Source of the DNA: Vicinamibacterales bacterium
GTDB lineage: Bacteria; Acidobacteriota; Vicinamibacteria; Vicinamibacterales; UBA8438
NCBI GenBank assembly: GCA_965222905.1
Contig: OZ244976.1
Span: 7,301,261-7,365,260 of the forward strand
Length of the DNA: 64,000 nucleotides
Direction: 5' to 3'
The notes beneath the pieces were generated by a model. That model had not been told where the DNA came from. It saw nothing but the letters and a program-made list of their open reading frames with translations, and made no database searches. Every line of letters starts with the position of its first letter. The stretch's first letter is position 1. Positions 12,532-22,171 of the stretch are shown here, piece by piece. A program made the position numbers and the translations under genes.

Positions 12532-15020
12532 GATTCCGCTCTCCTCATCCTGAACGGCATGCTCTTGACGATCCCGACGACGAGCGACGAGAACCGGTAG
12601 TCGTTCTCCGCGCCCTCCCGCGTGATGGCGCGGATCGCCGGTGCGTCGTAGTGCTCCAGGCCGCGCCCGAGCGCGTAGGTCATCAGCTTCTCGGTCAGCG
12701 TGCCGACGAACCGCTCCGGCCTGCTCACCAGCGCCTCGCGCAGCCCCGCCGCGCCGTCGAAGCGGGTGCCGTCGGGCAGCTCGCCGGAGGCGTCGATCGG
12801 CGTGTTCGCGGCGGTGCGGGTACGGAAGCGGCCGACCGCGTCGAACTGCTCCAGCGCGAATCCCGGCGGGTCCATCAGCCGGTGGCAGCTCGCGCAGACC
12901 GGGTTCGCGCGGTGGCGCTCGGTCGCCTCGCGCATCGAGAGCGCTTCCCCGCCGGCGGTCGTCTCCTCCAGCGCCGGCACGTCGGGCGGCGGCAGCGCGG
13001 GCGGCGTCCCGAGCAGGTTCTCCAGCACCCACTTGCCCCGCAACACCGGCGACGTCCGGTTCGGATACGAGGTGACCGCGAGGATGCTGGCGTGGCCCAG
13101 CAGGCCTCGCCGCGCCTCGTTCGCCACCGGCACCCGCCGGAAGTGGCTGCCGTAGATGCTCGGCATGCCGTAGTGGCGCGCCAGCCGCTCGTTGACGAAG
13201 GTGTAGTCGGCGGTCAGCAGATCCAGCACGTTGCGGTCTTCGCGGACGACGCTATCGACGAACAGCTCGGTCTCGCGCCGCATCGCCTGCCGCAGACCCT
13301 CGCCCACGTTGGGAAAGCGGTCCTCGTCGGGGACGACCGCCGGAACGTTCCGCAGGTAGAGCCACTGGCTGGCGAAGCTCGTGACCAGCGCCCGCGCGCG
13401 CTCGTCGGCCAGCATCCGGCGCGTCTGCTGCTCGAGTACCGCGGGATCGCGCAGCCGGCGGGCCGCGGCGAGATCGAGCAGCTCGTCATCGGGGATGCTG
13501 CTCCACAGGAAGAACGAGAGCCGCGACGCGAGCTCCAGGTCGCTGAGCGCGTAGCTGGTCCCGGGCGCCACGCCCACCGGGTCCCGCTCGACCCGCAGCA
13601 CGAACTCCGGACTCGCGAGGAGCCAGCGCAGCGCCATCTCGACACCCGCGTCGAAGCCGGCCTCCCGGCGTCCTTCGTCGAAGAACCGAAGCAGAACGTC
13701 CAGGTCGGCGCCGGTAACCGGTCGGCGGTACGCGCGGCGCGCCAAGCTCGCGAGAATCCGGCCCGCGCATTCCGTCTGCTCGGCGTCCGTCGCGCCGGCC
13801 GGCCGGCAGACGAAGATGCGCCGGCGGCTCGGCGGCTCCTCCACGGGCGGCCCGCCGCTCGCGGCGAACGGCCCGGTGACGGTGACGCTGCCGAGGTACG
13901 GCTGCACTCGCGTATCGCCGCCCGTGATGCTCGTGTACGGCCGCAGGTACGGCTGCCGCAAGGTCTCCGGGTAGGCCTCGGTGCGACGCACGAACGTCAC
14001 GCCCAGCTCGTGCGGTCCGGCCTTGACCGGCAGGCGGAGCTCCCAGTCGTCGTCGATGGTCCGCTGCCGGTCGCGCCAGGCGCGGTACTCGTCGCTGTCG
14101 CGCGGGGCGGCGGCGGGCGGCGAGCCGCCGACGGTGAACGTGCGGACCAGCGCGCCGTCCAGGCTCATCTCCAGCGTGTGCGGCACCTCGAAGACGGCCA
14201 GGTTGTCGCCCGCATTGCGGGCCAGGCGAACGCGGAGGAGGTAGTCGGCGTCCTCCGGGAACACGTGGCGAAACACGCCGCCGCCGCGGGTGCCGAAGGG
14301 CATCCCCGCCACCCAGTCGTCCTGCGGCAGGTCGCTGGCGAGACGGAAGACCTCGGCGGTGGCCGATGGCGCGGGCCGCCCGACCGCCACGCGGCTGATC
14401 TTGCGCGCCGCGGCGAGATAGCGCTCCAGCAACGTCGGCGAGACGCCGAGCACCCCGGCGATGTTGTCGAACCCGTAGCTGGCCCCGTCGGCCGGCAGCA
14501 GCTCCGCGACGTCGATCTCCAGGTCGAGGAGATCGCGCACGGCGTGGTGGTACTCGGTCCGGTTGAGCCGGTGGAACGCCTCGGTGCGCCCCGGGTTCGG
14601 GTCGGCCGCCGCCGCCCGGTCGAGTTCCCCCTCCAGCCAGCCGATGAACCGATCGTAGGTCGCCGCATCCGGCCGCGGGCGCGGCAGCGGCGGCATCGCG
14701 CCGGCGCGCAGCTTGCGGACCACGGTCTCCCACACGTCCGGCGCGTCGGCGATCCGGTTCACATCATGGGTGTCCAGTGTGAGGTCGGCGGTGCGCAGCC
14801 GTTCGTTGTGGCAGGCGACGCAGTAGCGGTCGAGAAGCGCACGCTGCCAGCCGGCCGTATCCTGGGTTTGCAGGACAGGCGCAGCAGCCGGCGGCGCGGA
14901 CTCTCCCGCCTGTACGGGAACGGCCGCGACGGCCACAAGCGCCAGCACGCAACCCGTCAGCAAGGCGAAACAGCGGCGCGCGGGGACTCGCGTTCGTAGG
15001 ACTGGCATGACCCGGTGCAA
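12528..15020 (-). CDS. DUF1592/DUF1588 family cytochrome c-domain protein
   Basis: CxxCH twice (CVACH, CASCH); 'RLNRTEY', 'ELASRLSFFLWSSIPD', 'RTSPVLRGKW'. Confidence 0.88.
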   Translation of the reverse strand: MHRVMPVLRTRVPARRCFALLTGCVLALVAVAAVPVQAGESAPPAAAPVLQTQDTAGWQRALLDRYCVACHNERLRTADLTLDTHDVNRIADAPDVWETVVRKLRAGAMPPLPRPRPDAATYDRFIGWLEGELDRAAAADPNPGRTEAFHRLNRTEYHHAVRDLLDLEIDVAELLPADGASYGFDNIAGVLGVSPTLLERYLAAARKISRVAVGRPAPSATAEVFRLASDLPQDDWVAGMPFGTRGGGVFRHVFPEDADYLLRVRLARNAGDNLAVFEVPHTLEMSLDGALVRTFTVGGSPPAAAPRDSDEYRAWRDRQRTIDDDWELRLPVKAGPHELGVTFVRRTEAYPETLRQPYLRPYTSITGGDTRVQPYLGSVTVTGPFAASGGPPVEEPPSRRRIFVCRPAGATDAEQTECAGRILASLARRAYRRPVTGADLDVLLRFFDEGRREAGFDAGVEMALRWLLASPEFVLRVERDPVGVAPGTSYALSDLELASRLSFFLWSSIPDDELLDLAAARRLRDPAVLEQQTRRMLADERARALVTSFASQWLYLRNVPAVVPDEDRFPNVGEGLRQAMRRETELFVDSVVREDRNVLDLLTADYTFVNERLARHYGMPSIYGSHFRRVPVANEARRGLLGHASILAVTSYPNRTSPVLRGKWVLENLLGTPPALPPPDVPALEETTAGGEALSMREATERHRANPVCASCHRLMDPPGFALEQFDAVGRFRTRTAANTPIDASGELPDGTRFDGAAGLREALVSRPERFVGTLTEKLMTYALGRGLEHYDAPAIRAITREGAENDYRFSSLVVGIVKSMPFRMRRAES

Positions 15021-15073
15021 CGACCGTAGTATCCGGGGAACGTCCGAAGGGTGTCAATCGGCCGCCGCGAGCC

Positions 15074-15325
15074 TCACCCGCAACAGTCCGGCAAGACCAC
15101 GCTCGCCCGCCCCGCCTTTCCCCGCTACGACTACGCCACCCTGGAGGATCGCCGACGGAGAGAAGCTGACGCCGCTGGAGGTCAAGTCGGGGCAGTCCGT
15201 CCCCAGCGACTTCTTCGCCGGCCTGCGGTTCTGGCGAGAGCTCGCCGGGGATGCGGCGGCACCCGCGGCACTCGTCTACGGCGGCGACCGCTCGTTCCGG
15301 CGCGAGGACGTCACCGTCTACCGCT
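15074..15325 (+). pseudogene. Remnant of AAA+ ATPase/DUF4143 protein with internal deletion
   Basis: Walker A 'PQQSGKTTL...YATLED' joined out of frame near 15150 to the C-terminal 'PLEVKSG' (PD-(D/E)xK-like) segment. Confidence 0.65.
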
Positions 15326-15436
15326 TACCGCTGGTCGGACCTCTAGCCCCGAGATGCTCCCGGCATAAATGCAATGATCTGCCCTGGTATCATTGTTTGA
15401 CGGATTGATCATTGCCACCGGAAGGGGATCCGAGGG

Positions 15437-15703
15437 ATGAAGGAAATCACCACCACGCTCACGCAACGGAGTCAGGTCACCGTCCCCGCCGAGGTACGGC
15501 GCCTGCTCGGCCTGAAGCCGAGAGACAAGGTGACCTTCAGCATCGCCAAGGGGGAGGTGCGCCTCCAACCCGTTGCCTTCAGCCTGGAATCCGCCTACCG
15601 GTCGGTAGAGCCCTCCGGGAAATCCGAGGACTTCGACGAGCTCTCACGTGTCGCCCGCGACGCCAAGGCCGAGCGTACCCGGCGGAGGATGAGTGAAACG
15701 TGA
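15437..15703 (+). CDS. AbrB/SpoVT-type antitoxin
   Basis: 'TTLTQRSQVTVPAEVRRLLGLKPRDKV'. Confidence 0.85.
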   Translation: MKEITTTLTQRSQVTVPAEVRRLLGLKPRDKVTFSIAKGEVRLQPVAFSLESAYRSVEPSGKSEDFDELSRVARDAKAERTRRRMSET

Positions 15704-16113
15704 GATTCCTCGACACGAACGTCATCCTCCGCTACCTGACCGGGGATGACGAGGCCAAGGCGGAGGCGTGCTACGAGCTTTTCCAGCGGGTTCACCGGGG
15801 AGAGGAGGAGCTGGCGACGTGCGAGGCCATCGTCGCCGAGGTGGTCTATGTACTGTCGTCTCCCCGCCTGCCCTATCGGCTGAACCCCGCGCAGATTCGG
15901 GCCCGGCTGCTGCCCATGCTTACGCTGCGTGGTCTGAAGCTCCCCCTCAAGCGCGTCTGTCTCCGGGGGCTGGACGTCTACGCGTCATCCCCGGCCCTGG
16001 ACTTCGAGGACGCGCTGGCCGTCGCCCATATGGAACAACTGGGAATCAGCCGGATCGTCAGCTACGACCGGGACTTCGACCGCGTGGCCGGCCTTCGTCG
16101 CCTCGAGCCGTAA
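15700..16113 (+). CDS. vapC: PIN-domain VapC-type toxin
   Basis: 'FLDTNVILRY', 'DFEDA', 'SYDRDFD'; GTGA overlap. Confidence 0.88.
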   Translation: MRFLDTNVILRYLTGDDEAKAEACYELFQRVHRGEEELATCEAIVAEVVYVLSSPRLPYRLNPAQIRARLLPMLTLRGLKLPLKRVCLRGLDVYASSPALDFEDALAVAHMEQLGISRIVSYDRDFDRVAGLRRLEP

Positions 16114-16169
16114 CGACGGGGGCCGTGCGGCCTCCGTGCAACCGTCCACAGGTGTTGTGGGCTCGGCCG

Positions 16170-16547
16170 TCAGCGGGCGGGCAACAGGTCCACGCCCGCC
16201 GTGATCGCCCGGTGCCACGACGGGTGGTCACGCCGCAACCGGTGGAGCTCCTCCACCGTGTAGGGAAAGAGATCCAGCCCTACGGGAAAACCCAACGGCA
16301 GGTAGTCGGCGGCCCGCTCCCGGAACGGCTTGTCGGTGCTCGCGAGCACGAGGCAGACGTCGACGTCGCTTCCCGGAGCCGGAATTCCGTTGACGCGAGA
16401 TCCGAACCAGACCATGCGCCGCACCTCCGACCGTTGCACGCCAATCCGTTCCGCCCAGGCACGCACGGCCCGCTCAACCGCCGCCTGGTTGTTCGACTTG
16501 ACGACGAGCGAAGCCGATGAGTCGTTCGGCGCAGGCGATGGCGTCAT
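16170..16547 (-). CDS. Minimal nucleotidyltransferase (MNT); start uncertain
   Basis: 'WFGSRVNG....GSDVD' motif. Confidence 0.8.
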   Translation of the reverse strand: MTPSPAPNDSSASLVVKSNNQAAVERAVRAWAERIGVQRSEVRRMVWFGSRVNGIPAPGSDVDVCLVLASTDKPFRERAADYLPLGFPVGLDLFPYTVEELHRLRRDHPSWHRAITAGVDLLPAR

Positions 16548-16875
16548 CCGAGTCCTTCCGGGTATAGAAATCCGCCGGCGCTCCCGCGTCGAGGCCGTTC
16601 GGGTACCGCGTCGGAATGTAGTGCTTGTCGAGCGTCTTGGCGCAGACGACGAGCTCCTCCGCGGCATCCCCCGCGACGACGCCCAGGAGCGCTGTCACCG
16701 TGTGGCCCCAAGCGTCCGCCCCGCGACTCATGAGGACCGCCTTGAGCGCCTTCTCCGCCGCCTGCTGAGCGGCGAAGCACGCCCAGTCGTGCGCCGCGCC
16801 TTCCCGCGCATGCCGGGCCAGCCGCATGTCCGCGTCCGCCTGGCGGAGCCAGTCGAAGTGCCTCGAGGCCACCAC
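16474..16875 (-). CDS. HEPN domain protein
   Basis: 'WACFAAQQAAEKALKA', 'GH', 'YIPTRYP'. Confidence 0.88.
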   Translation of the reverse strand: MVASRHFDWLRQADADMRLARHAREGAAHDWACFAAQQAAEKALKAVLMSRGADAWGHTVTALLGVVAGDAAEELVVCAKTLDKHYIPTRYPNGLDAGAPADFYTRKDSDDAIACAERLIGFARRQVEQPGGG

Positions 16876-16904
16876 GCCATTCTAGCGACAGGGCCTGTCG
16901 GGGC

Positions 16905-19900
16905 CTATCTCTCCGGCCGCCGCCACCGCACCGGCGGCGCAGGTTCCGGCTTCAGGGTGACCTTCTCCGTTTCCAGCAGCCGCAGCGCCTCGCGGACGGC
17001 CGCCTCCAGTTGCGGGTCGCCGCCCGCGATCACCGGGGCCGGGTCGTTGCGGACCTCGATGTCCGGCGCAACGCCCTCGCCCTCCACGGCCCACTCGCCG
17101 TTGACGTCGAAGAAGCCGCCGCGGGGCGCGACGAAGAAGCCGCCGTCGATCAGCGGCGGCGTGTCCCACGAGCCGACCAGCCCACCCCACGTCCTGGTGC
17201 CGACGAGCGGGCCGATGCCCCTGAACCGAAACAGGTACGGCAGCAGGTCTCCCCCCGAGCCGGCACTCTCGTTCACGATCATCACCTTCGGTCCGAAGAG
17301 TCCGGCCATCGGCTGGGTCCAGGGCCGGCGGCCGGCCCCGGGCGAATTGAAGTAGCCGGTGAGCTCGCGATCCAGCATGTCGACGATGTAGTCGGCGGCC
17401 GAGCCGCCGCCGTTGTTCCGCTCGTCGATGACCGCGCCCTCGCGGTCCTTCTGCGCGTAGTACATGCGGTTGAAGAACTCGTAGCCGTTGCGGGCCGTGT
17501 TCGGAAGCCAGACGTAGGCCAGCCGCCCTCCGCTCAGCGCGTCCACGCGCGCCCGGTTCGCCGCGACCCAGGCCCACATGCGCTGGAAGGACTCGTTCGC
17601 GATCGGCTCGACGACGATGTCCCGCGCCTCGTCCGCGGACGGCGACGACGACACGGTCAGCGAGATGGTTCGCCCCGCCGTGCCCTCGAGCAGGCGGTAC
17701 GGATTCGTGGGCGGCCGGAGCTCGACGCCGTCGATGGCCAGCAGGTAGTCGCCTTCCGCAACCGCCAGCCCCGGCATCGAGAGCGGGCCGGCCGTGTCCG
17801 GCCACCACGCGTCGCCCGCGTAGAGGCGCGCGATGCGATAGAGCCCGTCGGCCTCCTCCAGGTCCGCGCCGAGCAGGCCCGTGCGCGGATTGTCCAGATC
17901 GGGAAAGTCCCCGCCGAACACGTAGGAATGGCCGACCGCGATCTCTCCCGAAAGCATGTCCAGCAGGTGGTTGAAGTCCGCGCGGTGGCGCACGTCGGGG
18001 AGCCACGCCGAGTACCACGCCCACACGTCGTCCCAGGGCGCGCCGTGCTGGTTGTCCACGTACAGGAAGTCGCGCATGAAGCGCCAGCCGTCGCGGAGCA
18101 TCTGCGCGTACTCGGCCCGCGGCTCGACGCGCGCGCGCATACCGCCCAACTCGAGCCGTCCGTCGCCGTTCCCCGGCGGCTGCTCCGTGCCGACGACGTG
18201 CCAGTTGGAGCCGGACCGGTAGAGCAAGTGCTTCCGGTCGTGCGAGGCGGCGATATCCGTTCCCGGGGACACGCGCGGCCCCCCGGCGCGAACCTGCGTC
18301 AGGAAGTCCTCCGCCTCGCGCTCCTCGACGTTGTACTTCAGCAGCGTCGCATCGCCCTCGTCTCCGCCGACCCGGGTCACGAAGACCGAGCCGCGCGGGC
18401 CGGGAACCAGCCCCCGGTAGTCCTTCGCCGGCAGCCCCGGCGCACTCACGATGCGCCGATCGATCCCCTCGAAGTCGATCTCCACGTCCGCGGGCGCCTC
18501 GCCGTCCCGCGCGTCCTCGTCCTCGCCCCCTTCCGCCTCGTCCGACTCCCCTTCCGCCTCGCCCTCCTCGTCGCTGCGGGGAAGGAAAGGCGAAGGCTCT
18601 CCGGTCGGCAGCAGCGCCAGGTACAGCGTCCGGGTCACCGGACGGTCGTAGGACGTCATGTCGAGCCAGCCGGTGTTGAGAGCGTAGTCGGTCGACGCCA
18701 GGAAGTAGAGGTACCTGCCCGACTCGTCCCACACGGGGGCGATCGCGTCCACCGTGCCGTCGGTGAGCTGGTGCGTCTCCCGCGCTTCGGTGTCGTGGAT
18801 GAAGATGGCGCGCAACTGGTTGTCGAGCCGGCGCGCGTACGCGATCCACCTCGAATCGGGAGACCAGACCGGGTTCAGCGAGCGTTGCGGGTGGGCGTAG
18901 CGGTCGGTGTCGACGTGCTCCACGCCGCCGGACTCGACGTCGAGCACGAGCACGCGGTAGTGCGTGTCGGTGAACGCCAGCTTCGTGCCGTCGGGCGACC
19001 ACTCGGGCCGAAAGTAGAACGACGGATCGGGGATGTCGATGCGGCGCGGGCTCGACCCGTCCTGCCCGGCGATGACCAGGCCGTACTCGCCGCCGGCGTC
19101 GCTGAACCAGGCGATGCGCGAGCCGTCGGGCGACCACGCCGGATGCCGGTCCGCCACCCCCGGGCTGCGGGTCAGGTTGCGCCACGAACCCTCTTTCGCG
19201 GGGACGCTGAACAGCTCTCCGCGCCACTCGAAGAGCGCGCGCTTCCCCGTCGGCGACAGGTCGATGTTCTGGAACCGCGTCGGCGGGACCTCCTCCCAGC
19301 GCGGACGCGACCAGTTCATGTCGCCGGCGACCCGAACCTCCAGCTTCCGGGTGCGGCCCGACGCCGGGTCGAGCTCGTGCAGGTACCCCGCCTGCTCGTA
19401 GACCACGACGCCGGCGCCCGCGCCCAGAGATTTCACATCGAAGTCCGCGTGGCGGGTGAGCTGCCGCTCCGCTCCCGTGCGCGGATCGAACGACCAGACG
19501 TTGCCGGCCCAGTCGCGTTCCGAGAGGTAGTAGACGACGCCATCCATCCAGACCGGGTCCATGTGACGCTCGCCCTCCCAGGGCGCCGTCGCGCGCTCCC
19601 AGATGGATGTGGACACCACGCTGATCGGTTGCGCCTGGCCGCCCCGGTAGTTGCGCCACTCCGGGTCGTAGTACACGGTCTCCTGGTACGCGATGTGGCC
19701 GCCGTCCGCGGACACCCCGCCCAGATACGCCTGCGGCAGCGCGAGCGGCGCCGGCAACCCGCCTGTACGCGGAACGGTGTAGAACTTCGAGATCCTCGTC
19801 GGCATCGCCTCACGGCTGGACTGGAAGAGGATCGCTCCCGCCGGGGTCCAGCCCTGGACGACGTCCGGGGCCGGGTGCCAGGTGAGCCGTTCCGGCTGCC

Positions 19901-20222
19901 CGCCCGCCGCAGGCATCAGATAGACGTCGGTGTTCCCGCCGTACTGGGCCGAGAAGGCGATCCACCGTCCGTCGGCGCTGAACGCCGGATCGGTCTCGGC
20001 CCCCTCCGAGCTGGTGAGCCGAATGGCGTTGCCGCCGCCGCGCCCCGCGAGCCACAGGTCGTTGGCGTGGACGAAGACGATGTGCGACGCGCTGACGTCG
20101 GGTTGCCGCAGAAAGCGGGTGCCCTGGGCCTGCACCGCTGAAGGTGTCGCAGCGGCCACTATGCCCAGGGTAGCGACGAGCGCCGCCAGGCGCCCGCGAA
20201 GCGTGGTGCAGCAGTGGAACAT
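16905..20222 (-). CDS. Tricorn protease (S41 family)
   Basis: PD40 beta-propeller repeats, PDZ-like region, 'IDERNNGGG', 'AGSGGD', 'GTRTWGG'. Confidence 0.93.
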   Translation of the reverse strand: MFHCCTTLRGRLAALVATLGIVAAATPSAVQAQGTRFLRQPDVSASHIVFVHANDLWLAGRGGGNAIRLTSSEGAETDPAFSADGRWIAFSAQYGGNTDVYLMPAAGGQPERLTWHPAPDVVQGWTPAGAILFQSSREAMPTRISKFYTVPRTGGLPAPLALPQAYLGGVSADGGHIAYQETVYYDPEWRNYRGGQAQPISVVSTSIWERATAPWEGERHMDPVWMDGVVYYLSERDWAGNVWSFDPRTGAERQLTRHADFDVKSLGAGAGVVVYEQAGYLHELDPASGRTRKLEVRVAGDMNWSRPRWEEVPPTRFQNIDLSPTGKRALFEWRGELFSVPAKEGSWRNLTRSPGVADRHPAWSPDGSRIAWFSDAGGEYGLVIAGQDGSSPRRIDIPDPSFYFRPEWSPDGTKLAFTDTHYRVLVLDVESGGVEHVDTDRYAHPQRSLNPVWSPDSRWIAYARRLDNQLRAIFIHDTEARETHQLTDGTVDAIAPVWDESGRYLYFLASTDYALNTGWLDMTSYDRPVTRTLYLALLPTGEPSPFLPRSDEEGEAEGESDEAEGGEDEDARDGEAPADVEIDFEGIDRRIVSAPGLPAKDYRGLVPGPRGSVFVTRVGGDEGDATLLKYNVEEREAEDFLTQVRAGGPRVSPGTDIAASHDRKHLLYRSGSNWHVVGTEQPPGNGDGRLELGGMRARVEPRAEYAQMLRDGWRFMRDFLYVDNQHGAPWDDVWAWYSAWLPDVRHRADFNHLLDMLSGEIAVGHSYVFGGDFPDLDNPRTGLLGADLEEADGLYRIARLYAGDAWWPDTAGPLSMPGLAVAEGDYLLAIDGVELRPPTNPYRLLEGTAGRTISLTVSSSPSADEARDIVVEPIANESFQRMWAWVAANRARVDALSGGRLAYVWLPNTARNGYEFFNRMYYAQKDREGAVIDERNNGGGSAADYIVDMLDRELTGYFNSPGAGRRPWTQPMAGLFGPKVMIVNESAGSGGDLLPYLFRFRGIGPLVGTRTWGGLVGSWDTPPLIDGGFFVAPRGGFFDVNGEWAVEGEGVAPDIEVRNDPAPVIAGGDPQLEAAVREALRLLETEKVTLKPEPAPPVRWRRPER

Positions 20223-20431
20223 GGGTCGACTCCGTCTCTGTCGCGGGACCGTCGATGAACCGCGGCGTATAGGTCCGTGGGCGCCTGGCCGCTCGCCCAT
20301 CTGTTCATACGACCACGGTCGCCGCGGGGTTGCAACGTGAACGCCAGGGGACGGCGGCGCGCTGAACGCCCCCGCGGCCGCGGCTCGTCTGCTAGCATGG
20401 CGCCCTTACGTCATACAAGGGGAGGGACACC

Positions 20432-21346
20432 ATGAAACGCAGCATCATTCTGGCCGTCGTGCTCGGCGCCGGCATCCTGTCGCTCGGGATCGTCGCCGCG
20501 CAGGACGCGATGGTCATCGAGGTCGAGCAGCTCGAGGACAACCTCTACGTCCTGCGGGGACAGGGGGGCGGCGGCAACACGGCGGTCTTCGTCACGAGCG
20601 GCGGCGTGGTCGTCGTCGACTCCAAGAACCCCGGCTGGGGCCAGTCCATCCTGGACGCGATCGGCGAGCTCACCAGCAACCCGGTGACGACACTCATCAA
20701 CACCCACAGCCACCACGACCACGTGAGCGGCAACGTCGCGTTCCCCGCCAACGTCGACATCGTCACCCACGAGGTCACCGCGGCGAACATGGCGGTGATG
20801 CGGGCCTACAGCGGCCGCACGGAGCCGCCGGCCAACGTCTTCGCGGATTCGATGGGCCGCGGGCTGCCGACGCAGACCTTCTCGGAACGCATGTCGCTCG
20901 GGACCGACGACGACCAGGTCGACCTGTACCACTTCGGCCGCGGGCACACCGGCGGCGACACCTGGATCGTCTTCCGGGCGCACGAGACGCTGCATTCCGG
21001 CGACATCTTCCCGGGCAAGAACCTGCCCTTCCTCGACGCCAACAACGGCGGCAGCGGCGTCGACATCGCGGACAGCCTGCAGAAGGCGCACGACAACATC
21101 GAGGGCGTCGACACCATCATCACCGGGCACAGCACCGAGATGACGTGGGCGGACCTGCACGAGTACGCGGCGTTCAACCGCGACTTCCTGGCCGCGGTGC
21201 GGGCCGGGCACGGCGCGGGCCAGAGCGTGGACGAGATCGCGAACGGCTGGACCATGCCGGACGGCTACGAGGGGTACCGGGCCCCGGCGCCGGCCGGACT
21301 GCGGAACAGCATCCAGGTGATCGTCGACGAGCTCGAAGGGAACTGA
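20432..21346 (+). CDS. Secreted MBL-fold metallo-hydrolase (cyclase-like)
   Basis: THSHHDH, GHTGGD, SGD and TGH motifs; signal peptide; SD GGAGG. Confidence 0.88.
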   Translation: MKRSIILAVVLGAGILSLGIVAAQDAMVIEVEQLEDNLYVLRGQGGGGNTAVFVTSGGVVVVDSKNPGWGQSILDAIGELTSNPVTTLINTHSHHDHVSGNVAFPANVDIVTHEVTAANMAVMRAYSGRTEPPANVFADSMGRGLPTQTFSERMSLGTDDDQVDLYHFGRGHTGGDTWIVFRAHETLHSGDIFPGKNLPFLDANNGGSGVDIADSLQKAHDNIEGVDTIITGHSTEMTWADLHEYAAFNRDFLAAVRAGHGAGQSVDEIANGWTMPDGYEGYRAPAPAGLRNSIQVIVDELEGN

Positions 21347-21463
21347 ATCCGGGCGAGCATGGCAAGCGGGGCTGTCCGGCGCGCGCCGGGCAACCCCGCG
21401 CCGTCCACCTCGTCATCGGGGGCCATCCGGATCCAGGGCCGCTTCCGCGGGCGGCAGTCGTTC

Positions 21464-22171
21464 CTACTCCTCTCCTGCCAGCGCGTCCAGGAACTCCCGC
21501 ACGCGGCGCGCATTGACCCCGAGGTCGCCGACCCCGACGCGCGACAGCGAGCGCACGTCGACCCGGCTGCCGCTCGCGCCGGCCGCCGCGATACGGACCA
21601 CTACATCGTCCTCGAACCCGAACCAGACGGAACGATCCGTCGCCTCGATCCGGAAGGTGTCCGGATCGGTCGCCACCAGCTCCCAGTCCATCCGGCGCAC
21701 CACCGCCAGCGCCTGGCGGAATGTGTCGGCCGGCGGGACCGGCAGCATCGCCGGCCCGAGATCGGGATAGGCGGTCCGCTGCCGCTCGGCGAGAGTCGGG
21801 CCTTCGTAGTCGGTGCGCCCCGGCGTATTGAGCGCAACCGCCGCGACGAACGCCGGCGGATCCTCGGTGTCGGTCGTGACGTCGTGGATCGGTGGCGCGC
21901 CCCGCCCCGAGACCAGCGTCGTCATCGGGACGACGCCGACCGCGACCGCCGCAACCAGAGCCGCCCACGTTGTCCGATCCCTCGGCCCCGTTCCGCGCGC
22001 CATCCGCGCGCCGAGAACTCCCGCGCTGACGGCGATCAGCAGCACGCCGCCGGCCAGCAACAGAAACGCCAATCCGAGCGGCGCGACGCCGATGCGGTAT
22101 CCGAGCGGGGCGGCGAGAACGGCGACGGTGCCCGCCGCCGCACCCCAGGTCGCCCAGCGCGCCACCCTCAC
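21464..22171 (-). CDS. DUF1499 domain membrane protein
   Basis: 'PPIHDVTTD', 'FGFEDDVVVR', 'VDVRSLSRVGVGDLGVNARR'. Confidence 0.85.
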   Translation of the reverse strand: MRVARWATWGAAAGTVAVLAAPLGYRIGVAPLGLAFLLLAGGVLLIAVSAGVLGARMARGTGPRDRTTWAALVAAVAVGVVPMTTLVSGRGAPPIHDVTTDTEDPPAFVAAVALNTPGRTDYEGPTLAERQRTAYPDLGPAMLPVPPADTFRQALAVVRRMDWELVATDPDTFRIEATDRSVWFGFEDDVVVRIAAAGASGSRVDVRSLSRVGVGDLGVNARRVREFLDALAGEE

